NCBI RefSeq assembly: GCF_032444005.1
Contig: NC_091285.1
Location: 47,988,001-48,052,000 of the forward strand
Length of the DNA: 64,000 bases
DNA from: Ranitomeya imitator
Taxonomy: Eukaryota
Direction of reading: 5' to 3'
Part shown: one piece after another, positions 44,113 through 57,800 of the stretch
Layout: every line of letters starts with the position of its first letter
Numbering within the stretch: position 1 is the stretch's first letter
The notes under the pieces: model-generated
What the model was told of the DNA's origin: nothing
What the model saw: only the letters and a program-made list of their open reading frames with translations
Databases searched by the model: none
Position numbers and translations under genes: made by a program

Positions 44113-45967
44113 TTACAGTCTTTAACTGGACGGATTTGTGACTTGTTATGCAGTAGAGTTGCCTCCTTTGCTTGTGTACCTTAGAAAGTACGTCCCTTCT
44201 GTTTGATGTCTTCACACATTCGTTATATTAATAACCTTTACATCATAATAGCATTAGCAGCAAAAGGTGCAGAAAAGTCGCCTCTAGCTTGTTTATGAAA
44301 TGCAGCCTTTTCATGCAGCCTAATAAGCTCATCTGTATACTTCACATTCATCCCTGTTTTACTGAACTGTTTTTTTCTAATGACAACAGGAAAGTGAATG
44401 CAAATTTACCTTGTCAACGTGCACAGCTTAAGGCAAGCCTATACAGAATAGCACCGAGAATAAAAGACCAAATACCTAATATTATTTGTGCCGAGATGGA
44501 ACTTGTGTGTAGTACTACTGCAACACAATAAATGCTTTAATGTTATAAAGGGAATCCTATCAGTAAGATTATTTCTTTTAAGCCGTCTATATGGGCATGT
44601 AGGTCATGGGATGCTGAATAAAATGATACCTTGATATCTGCAATCCGATGTGTTATTCCAGAGAAATCCACATTTTCTTAATATGTGAATTAACTGTTAA
44701 GATCTATAGGCGGAACATAGATCTCCAGGAAAATCTGCCTCTAGAGCATATTTTAAATAAAAAGGGAGTTATCAATGTGAGACATGTAATGACTGATACT
44801 CTGTTCTCCTGACCTACATGTCTCACACAGGTAATACCCCTTTTAATTTAAAAATAAGCTCTGGAAGCATATTTTTCATGAGATCTATGCCTTTCCCATA
44901 GATCTTAACAGCTCAATTACATATTAAACCCGTCACCCTCATGCCATTTTTTTCCATTATTTATCGAACAGATAAATTTATTTTATGTTTTGACAGGTAT
45001 GACATATCTGAAAGCAAGGATACCAAATTTTGTCTTTTTTTAAAGTTTTATTTTCAGTGGGGCAAAAGGGGAACCTAGGCTGGACAGACATCTGTCTGAG
45101 ATGGTTTAGTGAATCCGGCATTGAGCCGGGGGTTGGACATGATTTCCCTGGAGGTCTCTTGCAACTCTACCCATTCTAGGATTCAATGAAAGGGGGATGA
45201 TTTGAACTTTTGTGTTTTTTTTTTTGTTTTTTTTGTATTTTTGAAAACTTTATTATATTTTATAGTGCCCTTAGGGGACTTGAATCTGCGATCGTATGAT
45301 CACTTGTGCTATACATAGCAGTTCTCAAGCATGGAACAACAGTAGCTGTAGTAGCTAAATGGCAACAGGATAAACAGCAGAACTTACAAGATACGACAAA
45401 GCAGAGTAGATTTAGTGATTGTGAACTGATGGAGCAAAGTTGAAGTGAGCAGCGATATGGCAGTGTAGACTACGGGCTCATGGAGATGTCCGAGCATGGA
45501 TTGCAGTACATGGACTGGTCACAAGTCTCCTGATCCAAGCATGACAGCTTCATATATGTCTACGAGGCTGTGTCACATGGTCTAAAGAGCCGTGGCCAGT
45601 CAGTGCTTTGCGGTCTATGCTCAAACCGATTTGCACAGATCTCTGAAAGAGCCCTTAGTGGCATAACAGACCTGAAATCAACAACAAGCCCAATGTAGAC
45701 TTTGTAATAGTTTGGCAGAGTTGGCTCAGATGTAGCAAATCTGAGTTGGTCATAGAGTTCAATGTGAAGCTGATATGGTAGTTGCAATGCAGAAGTCTAG
45801 AAAAAAATCCAGACCTTGAAAGAAAATTTTAAAAATATCGCCATTTTCCAAGACCCGTAGAGTCTCTCTTTTTCAGGCTCTGGAGTTGGGTGAGAGCTTA
45901 TTTTTTTGTGTGCTTAGCTTACCTTTTTAATTGATACCATTTTGGCATACATACGATGTTTTTATTA

Positions 45968-47044
45968 CTGTATTTTTCGGACTATAAGACGCACCGGACT
46001 ATAAGACGCACCCAGGTTTTAGAGGTGGAAAATAGGGAAAAAAATATTTGAAGCAAAAAAGGTGGTAAAATATTTAATAACATAAACATACTATTATATG
46101 TGTTGTTATTATATATAATAGTATGTTATTATGTTAGAAGCTACGGGACCAGTGTGGTGTCTGTAAAGTACTGTATGAAGACACTGGATGGTGAGTATAA
46201 GAATGGGGGCACAGGGCTAATATTTAAAGCACCACTCCAGCACTGAAAAATAACACTGGAGTCCTGCTTTAAGAACCCATGGGAGAACTATAACTTCCAG
46301 CATGTCCTACAGATCCTATGGCATGCTGGGAGTTATACTTTACCACAGGAGTGGCAGAGTGCTTTATTGTGTGTTGTAGTGACTAACCTTTTAATTGTGG
46401 CAGCCAGCCACACTGTGGTGAGGTAAAATGCTGGAGCGTCCCATCCCATGACACCAAAGAGTGCTCCCTCTTGTCGTCTCTCCACAGCAGAGGAAGTCAG
46501 CAGATTGTAGTGTGGTGTCTGCAGGACCTGTGATGACATCAGAAGAGGGAGGGCTCTGTGCTGCCATGTGATGCTCCAGCCCGCCCTCTTCATGACATCA
46601 CACAGGTCCTTGTGCTGGAGCACTCAGCATCCAGGACAGCCAGGCAGCCAGGTATGCAGCAATCTTATGTCCCCTCTGGCCCCTGCTGCTGCCCCCTCCT
46701 CCACCAGACACACAGATCTCCCCAGCTGCTGCAGGAATCCAGCGCTGGGGAAACCATGTGTGTCTGTGAAGGAGTATTCATTTGCTGCTCTGGACTCACC
46801 ACTCAGCTGACATGTGGGCGGGGAAGCAGCTAATGAATATTCACTGCACTTTAATGATCGGGACCATGTGGTTTCCCCAGCACTGATTCTTGAAGCCCTG
46901 CAGGAATATTTTTCTGCCTCCTGCCTCCCAGTGAAATCCCACTCGCTGCTGCCCCCTCCCAAGTTACATCCTTACCATAAGACGCACCCACACTTTCCTC
47001 CCAAATTTGGAGGAAAAGTGCGTCTTATGGTCAGAAAAATACGG
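45968..47044. mobile_element. pogo/Tigger-like non-autonomous element
   Basis: TA TSD, ends CTGTATTTTTCGGACTATAAGACGCAC / GTGCGTCTTATGGTCAGAAAAATACGG. Confidence 0.85.
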
Positions 47045-47947
47045 TACCTCTTATTATACTTTATTGCAATGTTGTGACAACCAAAAAAACGTAATTCTGG
47101 CTTTTTGATTTTTTTCTCATTACTCCGCTTACTGTTCAGATTAATTTACTGATTATTTTGTTAGATTGGACATTTATGAATGCAGCGACACCAAATATGT
47201 TTTTGTTATATTGAATGGAGAAAAAGTGGGGTTATTTGAACTTTTGTGTTTCTTAATTTTTTTTTTACTTTTGTTTGCTTCAGGAGTCCCCTTAGGAGAC
47301 TTAAAGCTGCAATTGTTTGATCACCTGGGCTCCACTTAGCAGGACTTCAACTTTGATATGTGTACAAATAAATCATGATCTCCTATGAGCACCGGCCACA
47401 GTCCAGTGTTTATAGGAGATTTACAATGACAGGCAAAGGGGTCTTTAGCAGACGCATGGCTGTCATGAAAACCCATCGTCGCCCGGCAGTCACATGGCAA
47501 GGGCACTGATGGGTGTGTCTTATGACGCGCTTCTGGCTTGCACAAGTTAAATGCTGCTATCAGAGATTGACAGCAGATCCACCCATGGCTATTAGAAACA
47601 CATGACAACTGAAGAGTTATGGGTTTTATATATATAAAAAAAATCAATGATGCCATTTTTAAGCTCATTTTTTGCCCCATTTACCAATCCTTGTAAATAA
47701 TCTGATCACTGTGTTTTGAGGATCACTATGTTTACAGGAACACCAAATATATGTATTTGGTGATGTTATAATTTAAAAAAAAAGTGCATTCAAAATGAAA
47801 TTATTGCAATAGTTTTTCATCATTTTTTTTAGTAATTTTATGGAAAGAAAAAAAAAAATAATTTTCCTCCTAGAATATGTGGACCTAGAAATACACTGGT
47901 ATATACGACATATCTCTACATACCTGTATAATCAGCTTGTAGAGTGA

Positions 47948-48294
47948 GGGTATGTGCACACGTTGTGGATTTTGCTGCGGATCCGCAGCAGTTTGACATG
48001 AGTTTACAGTACAATGTAAACCTATGGGAAACGAAATCCGCAATGCACATGCTGCGGAAAAAAACACGCAGAAATGCAACGTTTTATTTTCCGCAGCATG
48101 TCAATTCTTTGTGCGGAATCCGCAGCGTTTTTACACCTGCTCCAATAGAAAACTGCAGATGTAAAATCGCAGCAGAATCCGCAATAGAAACCACGATAAA
48201 TCCGCAAGAAAAACTGCTGCGGTTTTGCACTGCGGATTTATCAAATCCGCAGCGGAAAAATCTGCAGAGGAGCTTTCTACGTGTGCACATACCA
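47948..48294. mobile_element. PIF/Harbinger-like MITE
   Basis: TIR GGTATGTGCACACG with TGA/TTA flanks and internal CCGCAG repeats. Confidence 0.75.
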
Positions 48295-49011
48295 TTAGTG
48301 ACTGCAATACAGTTCAAGCATACAAACTTCTCTCACTGAAGTTAACAGAGTGGCTCATGGCTTTGTCTGTTGTCTGCAGTTGTAGAGGTTATGAGTTCAA
48401 CTTTGGGGGAGACTCACAATAAAAGAAAAAAATACACTTTTTTAATTGTTTTTTCTTATTTTTAATAATTTTATTGGAACATTTTATTTTTACTTTTCTT
48501 CATCTCTAGAATAGAGGTACATAGAAATGCACTGCTATGCAGATACAATGCAATGTGTCTCTTTGCACCTGTATCATTAACTTGTGGGGTCACTGTATGC
48601 AATAGCTGACGATTACCATATTCTCCAATGTTTATCATTGTGGGATGTGGCTTGTGGCTGGAGCTATTGTCATGAACATAAGATAGTGAGTTCAAGTCTC
48701 TGGGAGACCAGATCCCAAGAGAAGGGAATCCTTTTTCCAGCATATGTCAGACCAGAGAGATGCAGCCCCGCCTCATAGGAGGAGGAGCCATGGAGTGATT
48801 TTGAGTTTCTGAAGTTGGGACAAAGCACTGAAGTGGCGGTACCGAGCCCTCAAATTGGGACATTCCTGCTGAATCAAGTACTATTGGGAGTTATGTCCGT
48901 GATATAATAGAGCTGGGTTTATCGTTGAGTTTAGTGTAGCCAGACAAGTCAGCGGCATAGAAAGCTAGCTATGTCACAGAGTTAAGTTTAGCAGAACTGG
49001 GCAGAGGTAGA

Positions 49012-49013
<2 letters not shown>

Positions 49014-49060
<47 letters not shown>
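49014..49060. repeat. (TA)n microsatellite
   Basis: Direct reading. Confidence 0.95.
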
Positions 49061-49063
<3 letters not shown>

Positions 49064-49266
49064 TGTCATATTGTCTAGAGGTACTCTATGATAGCAGCAT
49101 GGACTTTTACTACCTGAATACTCAAGCCCAACCAAATACATGAGCCAGCTGACCTGTTGATTTACATGCAATGGGTAGGCGCTCATTCACACAGTAGTTT
49201 TTATTAGACAAAATCTAGAATAAAAACAATGAAAAAATACAATGCAGTAAATGATTAAGTAATAAT

Positions 49267-49544
49267 TAGTGATGAGCGAAAGTGCTCGGATAAGGTGTTA
49301 ACTGAGCTTGCTCTGGTGCTAGCCAAGTGTCTTTGATGTGCTCGAAAAATATGTTTGAGCCCCTGCGGCTGCATGTCTCACAGCTGTTCGTTAGGCAACA
49401 TACAATTGCCTGCTTGCTAGGCATTTCCTGCATGTGTTGTGGCTGTCAAACAGCCGTGAGATATGCAGCCTCGGGGACTCGAACATGTTTTTCGAGCATG
49501 CTGAAGACACCTGATGAGCATCCAAGCACGTTGGCTCATCATTA
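49267..49544. mobile_element. hAT-type MITE (TAGTGATGAGC family)
   Basis: TIR TAGTGATGAGC / GCTCATCATTA with a degenerate 8-bp TSD (5/8). A related sequence lies at ~53950-54215. Confidence 0.65.
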
Positions 49545-49931
49545 GTAGTTGTACAAGTACATGTGAATAATATAGGGTACATAGTTGACACTATTTTGTT
49601 CAAAAGAACTAAATTTCATTCCACAGCAATAAGGTGCATCAGGACGGTGGCCAACCCTAGTATTTACCTCGCTATGTGCCAGTAGGCCTCGAAATAGACA
49701 GGAGAAGAGCAGGACCTAGACCTGACTGGTTTACACCAGCATGTGGAAAGCTAAATAGACAAGGAAGGTTTTTTAGCTTAATATGCCACTACCTCATCCT
49801 GAAGCTCAGCACAATTATTCTTCTATGGTGAATCAATAATTCAGTTGCATAGTCTTGCCATAGAATTCCAATTTAGAAAGCTTACACCACTTTATGATTA
49901 CTCTACTCCACGCATGGTCATGGTTCATGAA

Positions 49932-50163
49932 AGGGAATCTGTCACCTCAAATTGGCGGGCTATGTCTTCTTTTCACAGCGAAATACTTCCGGGACATAGC
50001 GCGCATTGTGCACGTGCGAACTATGGAGGACACCTACTCAAATTCACAAAAATATTGCAGACAGCAGGGAAGGATGGGGTGGAGGAAAGAGGACGAAACA
50101 CCACCCATCTGACCGGACACAGGGCATTTACATAGCCCGCCAATTTGAGGTGTCAGATTCCCT
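49932..50163. mobile_element. T2-like MITE
   Basis: ~34-bp TIR AGGGAATCTG(T/A)CACCTCAAATTGGCGGGCTATGT with 4-bp TSD TGAA. Confidence 0.85.
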
Positions 50164-50292
50164 TGAAGAAGAACCATCTGGCAACTCTACATCATATATG
50201 CACATATTTTATTTTTACGTAAATTGCATCTCCTCACAATGCTGTCATTTACTCCAACCACATCAATGGTTAAAATGGCAGATGTTCTCTAA

Positions 50293-50488
50293 GGCCTTGT
50301 TTTCACTTGCGAGGAACACGTCCATGTCTCGCATGTGGAAACGAAGCTCTGGTGCCGGCACTGCAGAGCAGAGCGTGCGGACGCATAAGAACACATGGAG
50401 CCGCACGCTCCGCTCCGGAGTGCCGGCGCCAGAGCTTCGTTTCCACATGCGAGACACGGACCTGTTCCTCGCAAGTGAAAACAAGCCC
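50293..50488. mobile_element. Palindromic Harbinger-like MITE
   Basis: ~90-bp inverted arms with TAA/TTA flanks. Confidence 0.8.
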
Positions 50489-51777
50489 TTAGGCCGTAGA
50501 TTCAGCTATCTCATAGAATTTAGTTGATTATGCAAATGACACTCTGATCAGAATTTGATCACAGTGTGCTCTGATTCTCTCAGATGAGGAGAAGCTAGAG
50601 AAAAAAATGTCTCCATCTCCTCCATTCTGTGAGGTCACAGAAATCCAACTGCTCTCAGATGTTATCCAAGTGCAGTTCGATGTTTTCCACGCATTTTTTG
50701 ACTTGCAAAGCTGGTTGTGATCCAAATATCAAACCAAGCTCGAGCATGCAGCAATTTTTTTCCTTGAGGATTTGCCACACATTCAACCAGGGTGTAATCT
50801 GCAAATAACCCCCACAGTACAAAATGACGTTCTGTGGATTTTTAATTCACACCACCAGTCAATTTACATGGATACTTTAATGCACAGCAGATTTTCTGCA
50901 AGCAAATCCATAGCAGAAAAATCAGTGACTCTTTTTCAAAAGATTTTACAAGTCACATTGACTCTTCAGAAATTTTGATCACCTGAGACGAAGGTGCTGA
51001 GGTGCTCACCCAAGTCTATTTCTCCTCCAAAACTAAAAATTGGCTCAATTGAAAGTCTATTTTTTTATTTTAAAAAGAAATGTTCTTTTGGTAAACTTAA
51101 GAATGAATCCGTATAAAGCCATAGTGAAAATATGTATGAAATGTCTAAACCTGACATCTTTCAGATGTTTGGTATCTTGATAGGATTCCTCTTATTATTT
51201 GTATCGTTGCATCAGGAATCTCAATGACAAAAATCATTTTTCAAATTGTTGTGATATTTACGGGGAGAAAAAAAGATAGATATGCGTTAAAGTGGATTCC
51301 ATTTTTCTACCTTAAGGTTAATGAAATTTACTTTGATCAATTTTTCTGTTTGATTGAAAGATGAATTTTGGGAAAATGTCACTCTGCGAAACTAGGTAAT
51401 AAAAGGAAAATGTAGGTTTGTTATGGGTGAAAATGTGCTGATGGTGCGATTTCCAAACGCTACAATATTTATGATCACAGTGAAAATTTTCATTTCTGTT
51501 TAATAAAATCCAAACTACAAGTCCTGATTACTGTTATGAAAGTAATTAAGTCATTTTGTACAAAAAGTACATTTCTGCCGCATTACTAATATCATCTTCT
51601 AAGCTGCAGTGCTTTGTCAAAGCAATTGGCCAACTAACTTCTTCAGATTGCAAAACTTTTAATAAAAGGAAAGTCAAAGCTGTTTTTAAAGTGTCCTAAA
51701 ACTAGTATTAGAAGTGCACCCTTCAAGAATATACGTTTTATTCAGCTGTTACATTTCCATCTGTAATAAAATTTTAA

Positions 51778-52119
51778 GGCCGGGGTCACACTAGCTTATT
51801 GCATCTGATGCGAGAGCTAATGACCCTCGGCTCCTGCTCTGCTGCGAGCGGGAGCTGGGTGTCATGTGTCTGTGGATGATATCTGAGTAATGTGCGTTGT
51901 CTCACTCGCACCCATAGGCTTATATGGGTGCGAGTGAGCCGAGAGTCGGCCGAGTGTCCCTGACAATCGCAGCATGCTGCGAATGTCTCGGACCGACGAA
52001 AACGGGCAACAAAAAATCGGCTGCTGGGAGCTGCCCCATAGTTTAACATTAGTCTGAGTGCAATGCGATTTTTTATCGCATTGCACTCGTCCATTTTATT
52101 CGCCAGTGTGACCCCGGCC
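51778..52119. mobile_element. Harbinger-like MITE
   Basis: Perfect 15-bp TIR GGCCGGGGTCACACT with TTAA on both sides. Confidence 0.85.
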
Positions 52120-52389
52120 TTAATGTTTACAACCGAGGAGTCTTCTTTTTTGACTTGCGATTTTTGCTGACTTTTTTTGCAACAAATTCATCAAAACGTA
52201 ACATGCGACTCATTGGAACATATGAGCCTTCTTGAAGACATAGGTTTTCATGTTCTTTCTCAAGGTTCCAAATGTTGGCGACAATTGGACGTAATGTGGC
52301 ATGTAATTCCAGAGGCTAGAAGATGCTTGGGAGAAGTCTTGGAGGCCATTTGTTGAGGAACTTATCAAAATAGAGTAGAGAAAGTGATC

Positions 52390-53010
52390 TTATGAGCATT
52401 GTAGATTACGTGTGGGAATATATGGGTGAGTTTGGAGATGTGGAGGAGACAGATTGTGGATAGCCTTGTTCATTATTGTTAGTATTTTAAACCGCATCAG
52501 TTGGGACTTTGGGAGCCAGTGGAGGATTTGCTGAGGGGAGAAGCAGAGGAGTAGCATGGGGAGAGGTAAATTCATAGGTCAGCAGAGTTAAGGATGGACT
52601 GGAGAGGCATGAGATTGCTAGCTGAGAGGTCCCATAGAAGAATATTACAGTGGTCGAGGTGGGAGATGATAAAGGCATGCATTAACATTTAGTAGAATGA
52701 AGGTGGAGGTAGGAATGGATTCTGGAAATATTTTTTGTGTGGTTTGAAAGACAGGAAAGAGACAATAGTAACTCCAATGCAACGACCTTCCTGTATGGAG
52801 GAAATCCTGATATTGTTTATAGAGATAGATAGGTCTGGTAGGTTGGAGGAATGATGATTAGTTCAGTTTTGTCCACAATAAGTTTTAGAAAGCGTGACGA
52901 GAAGAATGAAGATATGGCTGATAGACACTCTGGGATTCTGGACATCAGAGAGGTAATGTCTCAGCCAGAGATGTATATCTGAGTGTCACCAACACAGAAA
53001 TGGTGCTGGA
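52390..53010 (-). mobile_element. Old L2 ORF2 3' fragment
   Basis: Degenerate match to the intact L2 C-terminus (e.g. LHWLPKSQLMRFKILT vs [16 protein letters not shown]). Confidence 0.75.
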
Positions 53011-54415
53011 AGCCATGGGACTATATGAGCAGTGATGAGCAAACCCCTGGATGTTCGGGGCCGGCGGGTTCAGTACAACAGTTAAAAAATGTTTGGTTCG
53101 GGTGCAAGAACAGAACCCGAACCCAGACCCCATTCACTTGAATGGGTAACCCGAACATCCAGTGTTTGCCACGCTGTCATGTGCATGACAGTGCAATAAA
53201 TACTGTCTCATTTTGGCAGTAAAATCATTAGCATTGTTCAGAAAGACACTGATCTCACAATGTTAATGACAGCATGAGCTCGCAGTTGTGACCAGAGGTA
53301 AAAAGATTATTAGCCTACGTCTGCTGCTGCTAATAACAGCGAAAGCAGGTGCTGATGGGAGTATTCATCAGCCAGCACCAGTGCTCTAAATAAATAATAA
53401 TTTTAAAAAAAGTGTGGGTTCTCCTGTATATTTGATAACAAGCCAGCCACAATTGACACCTGCGAGCTGCATTCATACTGTCAGCTTTAGCAAGGCTGGT
53501 TATCACAAATCTAGGCGTCCCCATGCCTTTTTTTAAATTATTTCAACAAGTGTGGGCCCCCAGCCTAAAAACAGCAGCCCCACAACCACCCAGAAATGGC
53601 ACACACCACAAATTTTATACCCCCCTCCCACCGCCACAGGGCAAGTGGGAAGAGCTGGGCACAGCACAAGAATTGGCGCATCTAATAGATGTGCATTTTC
53701 TGGCCGGCTGTAGGCTGCTATTTTTAGGCTGGGGAGGCCAATATCCAAGGAACCTTACAAGCTTGAGAACAACAGAATAATCTAGGGTCAAAGATCCTGA
53801 TTCCAGGGAAGTGTCACTAGCTCAGTAGTCTGCTGTAGTGTCAATACAATCAGTGATTTGTCAGGAGAAGATTGTTATTGTTGGGTGTCATTTGCCAGGC
53901 AACCCAGATAATCCATTTAATCCCACTCCCATCACTGATTGGCATCTTGTCAGTGTACACAGGAAGCTGACAATCAGTGGTTTGGATAAGGTGATATCTG
54001 AGCATGCTTGGGTGGAAACCAAGTGACTTCGACTTGCTCGAATAATATGCTTGAGTGCCTCCAACTGCATGTCTCACAGCTGTTCGACCGATGCAACACA
54101 AGCAGCGATTGCCTAACAAACAGGTGAGACATGCATTCAGCAGGATTCGGACATACTGTATTTTTTGAGCACATCGAAGACACTCGTTTAGCACCAGAGC
54201 ATGTTCGCTCATCTCATCAATATTTAGAAGTCCAACCTAGTGATGCGTGATTAGTGAAATATTTGGATTCAGGAAAATTGGGACAAATACTTTCTAATAT
54301 CCGTGTTTTCATACTAAATAACGAATCCAATGCAAGTCGAGGGTAAAGCCGAATATTTTACTGCTGGACCCAACAAATAGGTCTGGATAGCCTGAGAAAA
54401 ATGCTGAAATGGATG

Positions 54416-54416
<1 letters not shown>

Positions 54417-54472
<56 letters not shown>
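54417..54472 (+). repeat. (GATA)14 microsatellite
   Basis: Direct reading. Confidence 0.95.
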
Positions 54473-54475
54473 TTC

Positions 54476-54612
54476 AAAAAAAGAGTCAGCACTCCATTCC
54501 TTCAGTGAAAAATGAGAAAGGCTCATATGGAGCCTAAACGTCGCCCAGACATGTGGGTTGATTAAACCCCCTACATTTTTCACTGAAAGAATGGAGTGCT
54601 GCCTCTTTTTTT
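54476..54612. mobile_element. Mini inverted Penelope-like remnant with decayed hammerhead
   Basis: 39-bp inverted arms (54476-54514 / 54574-54612, 2 mismatches) enclosing AGGCTC-ATATG-GAGCCT-AAACGTC. Confidence 0.5.
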
Positions 54613-54689
54613 TTATTTCTATTAACTTGGCTAATCGCTGGTCGGATTGCCTGGGGGCCATGCACCCGAAGATAAGTAAACTGTTGTGC

Positions 54690-54885
54690 NNNNNNNNNNN
54701 NNNNNNNNNNNNNNNNNNNNNNNNNNNNNNNNNNNNNNNNNNNNNNNNNNNNNNNNNNNNNNNNNNNNNNNNNNNNNNNNNNNNNNNNNNNNNNNNNNNN
54801 NNNNNNNNNNNNNNNNNNNNNNNNNNNNNNNNNNNNNNNNNNNNNNNNNNNNNNNNNNNNNNNNNNNNNNNNNNNNNNNNNNNNN
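54690..54885. other. Assembly gap (196 N)
   Basis: Direct reading. Confidence 0.99.
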
Positions 54886-57800
54886 ATCTGCCGCGTACAC
54901 TAAAATCACAGCATGACAGGTTAGAATAGATATAAACACATATAATATATAGAAATCAGTGAAATGCACATATATATGTTTATATAATACATCTATCTAT
55001 CTAAGAAAAGCCCGCAATTCATCTGCCACGTACTGTAAAATCTGAGCAGGAGCTGACAGCATAGAATAGATGGATTATACACAATATTTACACAAATAAA
55101 ACATAGATAGACAGATGTCAGTGACATATATAATTAGTACAGTGTGTGTGCCGCTTACTGTACTTGCATTTAATTCTTAAACGATTATTTTTCAGAAAAA
55201 AATGGCATAGGCTCCTACATAATTTTCTTAACCAGCAGAGGGAAAGCAGATGGCTGAGGTCAGATGTGTATAGCCTGGGAAGGGGTAATACCCATGGAGC
55301 TTCCCAGGCTATAAATATCAGCTCACAGCTGTGTACTTAGCCTTTACTGGCTAATAATATGGGTGACCCCCCCAAAAATGAAATAGTGTCCCCCAATAAT
55401 TTATAACCAGCTAAGGCTCTGCAGACAACTGTGAGTTGATATTAATAGCCTAGGAAGGGGCCATGGATACTGACTCCCCAGATTAAAAACATCAGCTCTC
55501 AGCCATCCCAGAAAAGGCGCATATATAATAAGTGCCAATTATGGAACTTTCCTTCACTTTTCCCCTGTGCCCTATAGTCATGGCAAGTGGGGTGATATTT
55601 AGGGGGGTGATGTCACCTTTGCATTGTCAGGTGACATCAAGCCCTGAAGTTAGTAATGGAAAGGCGTCAATAAGATGCCCCCATTAATAACCCCATAGTC
55701 ATATTGTATAAAAACACAGACGCCGAGAAAAGTCCCTTAATTGAAAGAATGACACAGACTCCTTTAATATAGGTTAATTAAACCATACTTTTAATAAAAC
55801 CATACTTATGACATCACCCATTCCACAGACACCATTGTCTCCTGCCAAGGAGTTGAAATAACAAACAACAATATCCCTCACCTTTCCGCAGAGAAGATGA
55901 TAGTCCATCTGTCCCATGATGGGTCTAGCTCTGCTTCATCTAGATGGCAGGCTGCATGGTTGCATGATGCGACCATAAAGCCTGTTATCCAGCAGAGACA
56001 CTGAGCACCGCCTGCTATCGCTGCCCAGTGTCTTGCGGTGAACTCGTAGGACCTGTCTGATGTTACAATGAGCGTAAGAAAGTGCTCACACTCCCGATGT
56101 CATCAGAAAGGTTCACAGCCAATGACCTTACATCACCTACCTGACGCGAGTACAGAGAGAAATTTTCCCACGTCGCTCACACTAATGTCAAATCAGTACC
56201 GGAAATGTCAGCATCCGTGTGTCTAATACGTGTAGCACACGTGTGGCAATCATAAGCCGCATCAGTATCACACGGCGGGCACCATAGAAGGAGCGGTACA
56301 GTAAGCGTTGTTCCCTGGCGCCTGGTGCTCAAGATGACTCTCATCATTCTTCCCTGCTCTGCTGGAGATCAGCACAAGCAGGTGAGAATGATGAGAGTTG
56401 TATTCAAGTGAGGGCAATGACAACAGGCAGAGGCTTTTCAGACTATTACTCCCATCAGCTTACCCCTGCTGCTGCTAAAAACAGTGACAGCAGGAGCGAC
56501 TGATGGGAGTATTCCGCACCCGCCGCCTGCGCTATAAATAAATAAATGACAAAAATGGCTGGTATTTTCTATAACCAGCTAGGCAAAACTGATAGCTGAG
56601 GGCGGCAGCAAGGCTGGTTATCAAGAATAGAGGGGTCCCCATTCTGTATTTTTAATTATTTAAATACATAATTTTAAAAAACGGCATCCCCCCCATTTTT
56701 GACAACCTGGCTCACTAAAGCAGACAGATGTGGGCTGGTATTCTCAGGCTGGTAAGGGGCCATCGATATTGACCACCCCAGCCTAAAAATAGCAGCCCGC
56801 AGCTACCCAGAAAAGGTGCATCTATCAGATGCGCCAATTCTTGTGATTTGCCTTGCTCTCCTACTTGCCCTGTAAATAATTTAAAAATACGGTGTGGGGA
56901 CCCCTCTATTCTTGATAACCAGACTTGCTGAAGCTAAAAGCTGAGGGTTGCAGCCCTCAGCTGTGATTTTTCCTGGCTGGTTAACAAAAATATAGGGAAA
57001 CCCACCCCGGGTTTTTTAAAATTATTTATTTACAGCACAGGAGCCGACTGATGATTGTGACCATCAGCCACTCCTGCTCTTACTGTTATTAGCGGCAGCA
57101 GGTGTCGGCTGATGGGAGCTTTAGTCCCATTAGCTGATACAAGTGACTGGAGGTAAATTTTATACCGCCAATCACAGCTGTGAGCTCACCCTGTCTTTTG
57201 ACAGCGTGGGAACCGTGGCTCTTTAACCGGCGGTGATTTTTCCACTGCCAATCAGAAGAGGTGCATGCGGCGCTGACATGCACATGATAGCGTGACAAAC
57301 ATTGCTAGAATGACTCTGCCCCTACATCATGGTGATCTCAGATTCCATCACAAAAACCTGCTGAAAGATTCCCTTTCAAGGTTTGTTGTCAAAATAATTA
57401 GCTGTTAAGTTACCTTTGGATTGAGGGAAAACTTGATGATCACCGGTAGGTCTAACCACTGGTACTTCCAGGAATTCCAGAAAATGGCTCTCTGCAGCCT
57501 CATCTTGACTTGGGCAGAGGTGTGTATGCTCAACCTCAATTCTCTTCACCATGCATGGGACTTTCTGAAATAACCACATGATGCACTTGTCTTTCTTTGG
57601 CTGATTTGAGAGACCCAGACATCTATTTTGGGGATCGTTACGGTCAGATGTACAGCAATAAGCAAGTTTTCACATAATTTTGTTTGTTGTTATGGGAATA
57701 ACTTTTTAGATGCTTGTAAGATTTTTAGCTATTTTGTGGTACTGATGTGTTGTGGTACATGCTATATTTGCAAACTCATATCATATCATAAAGATCTGGG

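Larger units (their letters stand above)
53030..57300. mobile_element. Composite of non-autonomous hAT-type elements spanning the gap
   Basis: AGTGATGAGC start. Repeated blocks GGCTGGTTATCA, AGCAGCCC(C/G)CA..(A/T)ACCC and CTAAAAA(C/T)AGCAGCC occur in both orientations at ~53.5, 56.6 and 56.8 kb. Confidence 0.45.

Noticed and set aside
54558-54969. ORFs of 76-123 aa
   Set aside because: They span the N gap and are artefacts.
57414-57564. 151-nt minus-strand exon candidate (KVPCMVKRIEVEHTHLCPSQ...)
   Set aside because: Good donor but weak polypyrimidine tract, no recognisable protein, and no compatible neighbouring exon.
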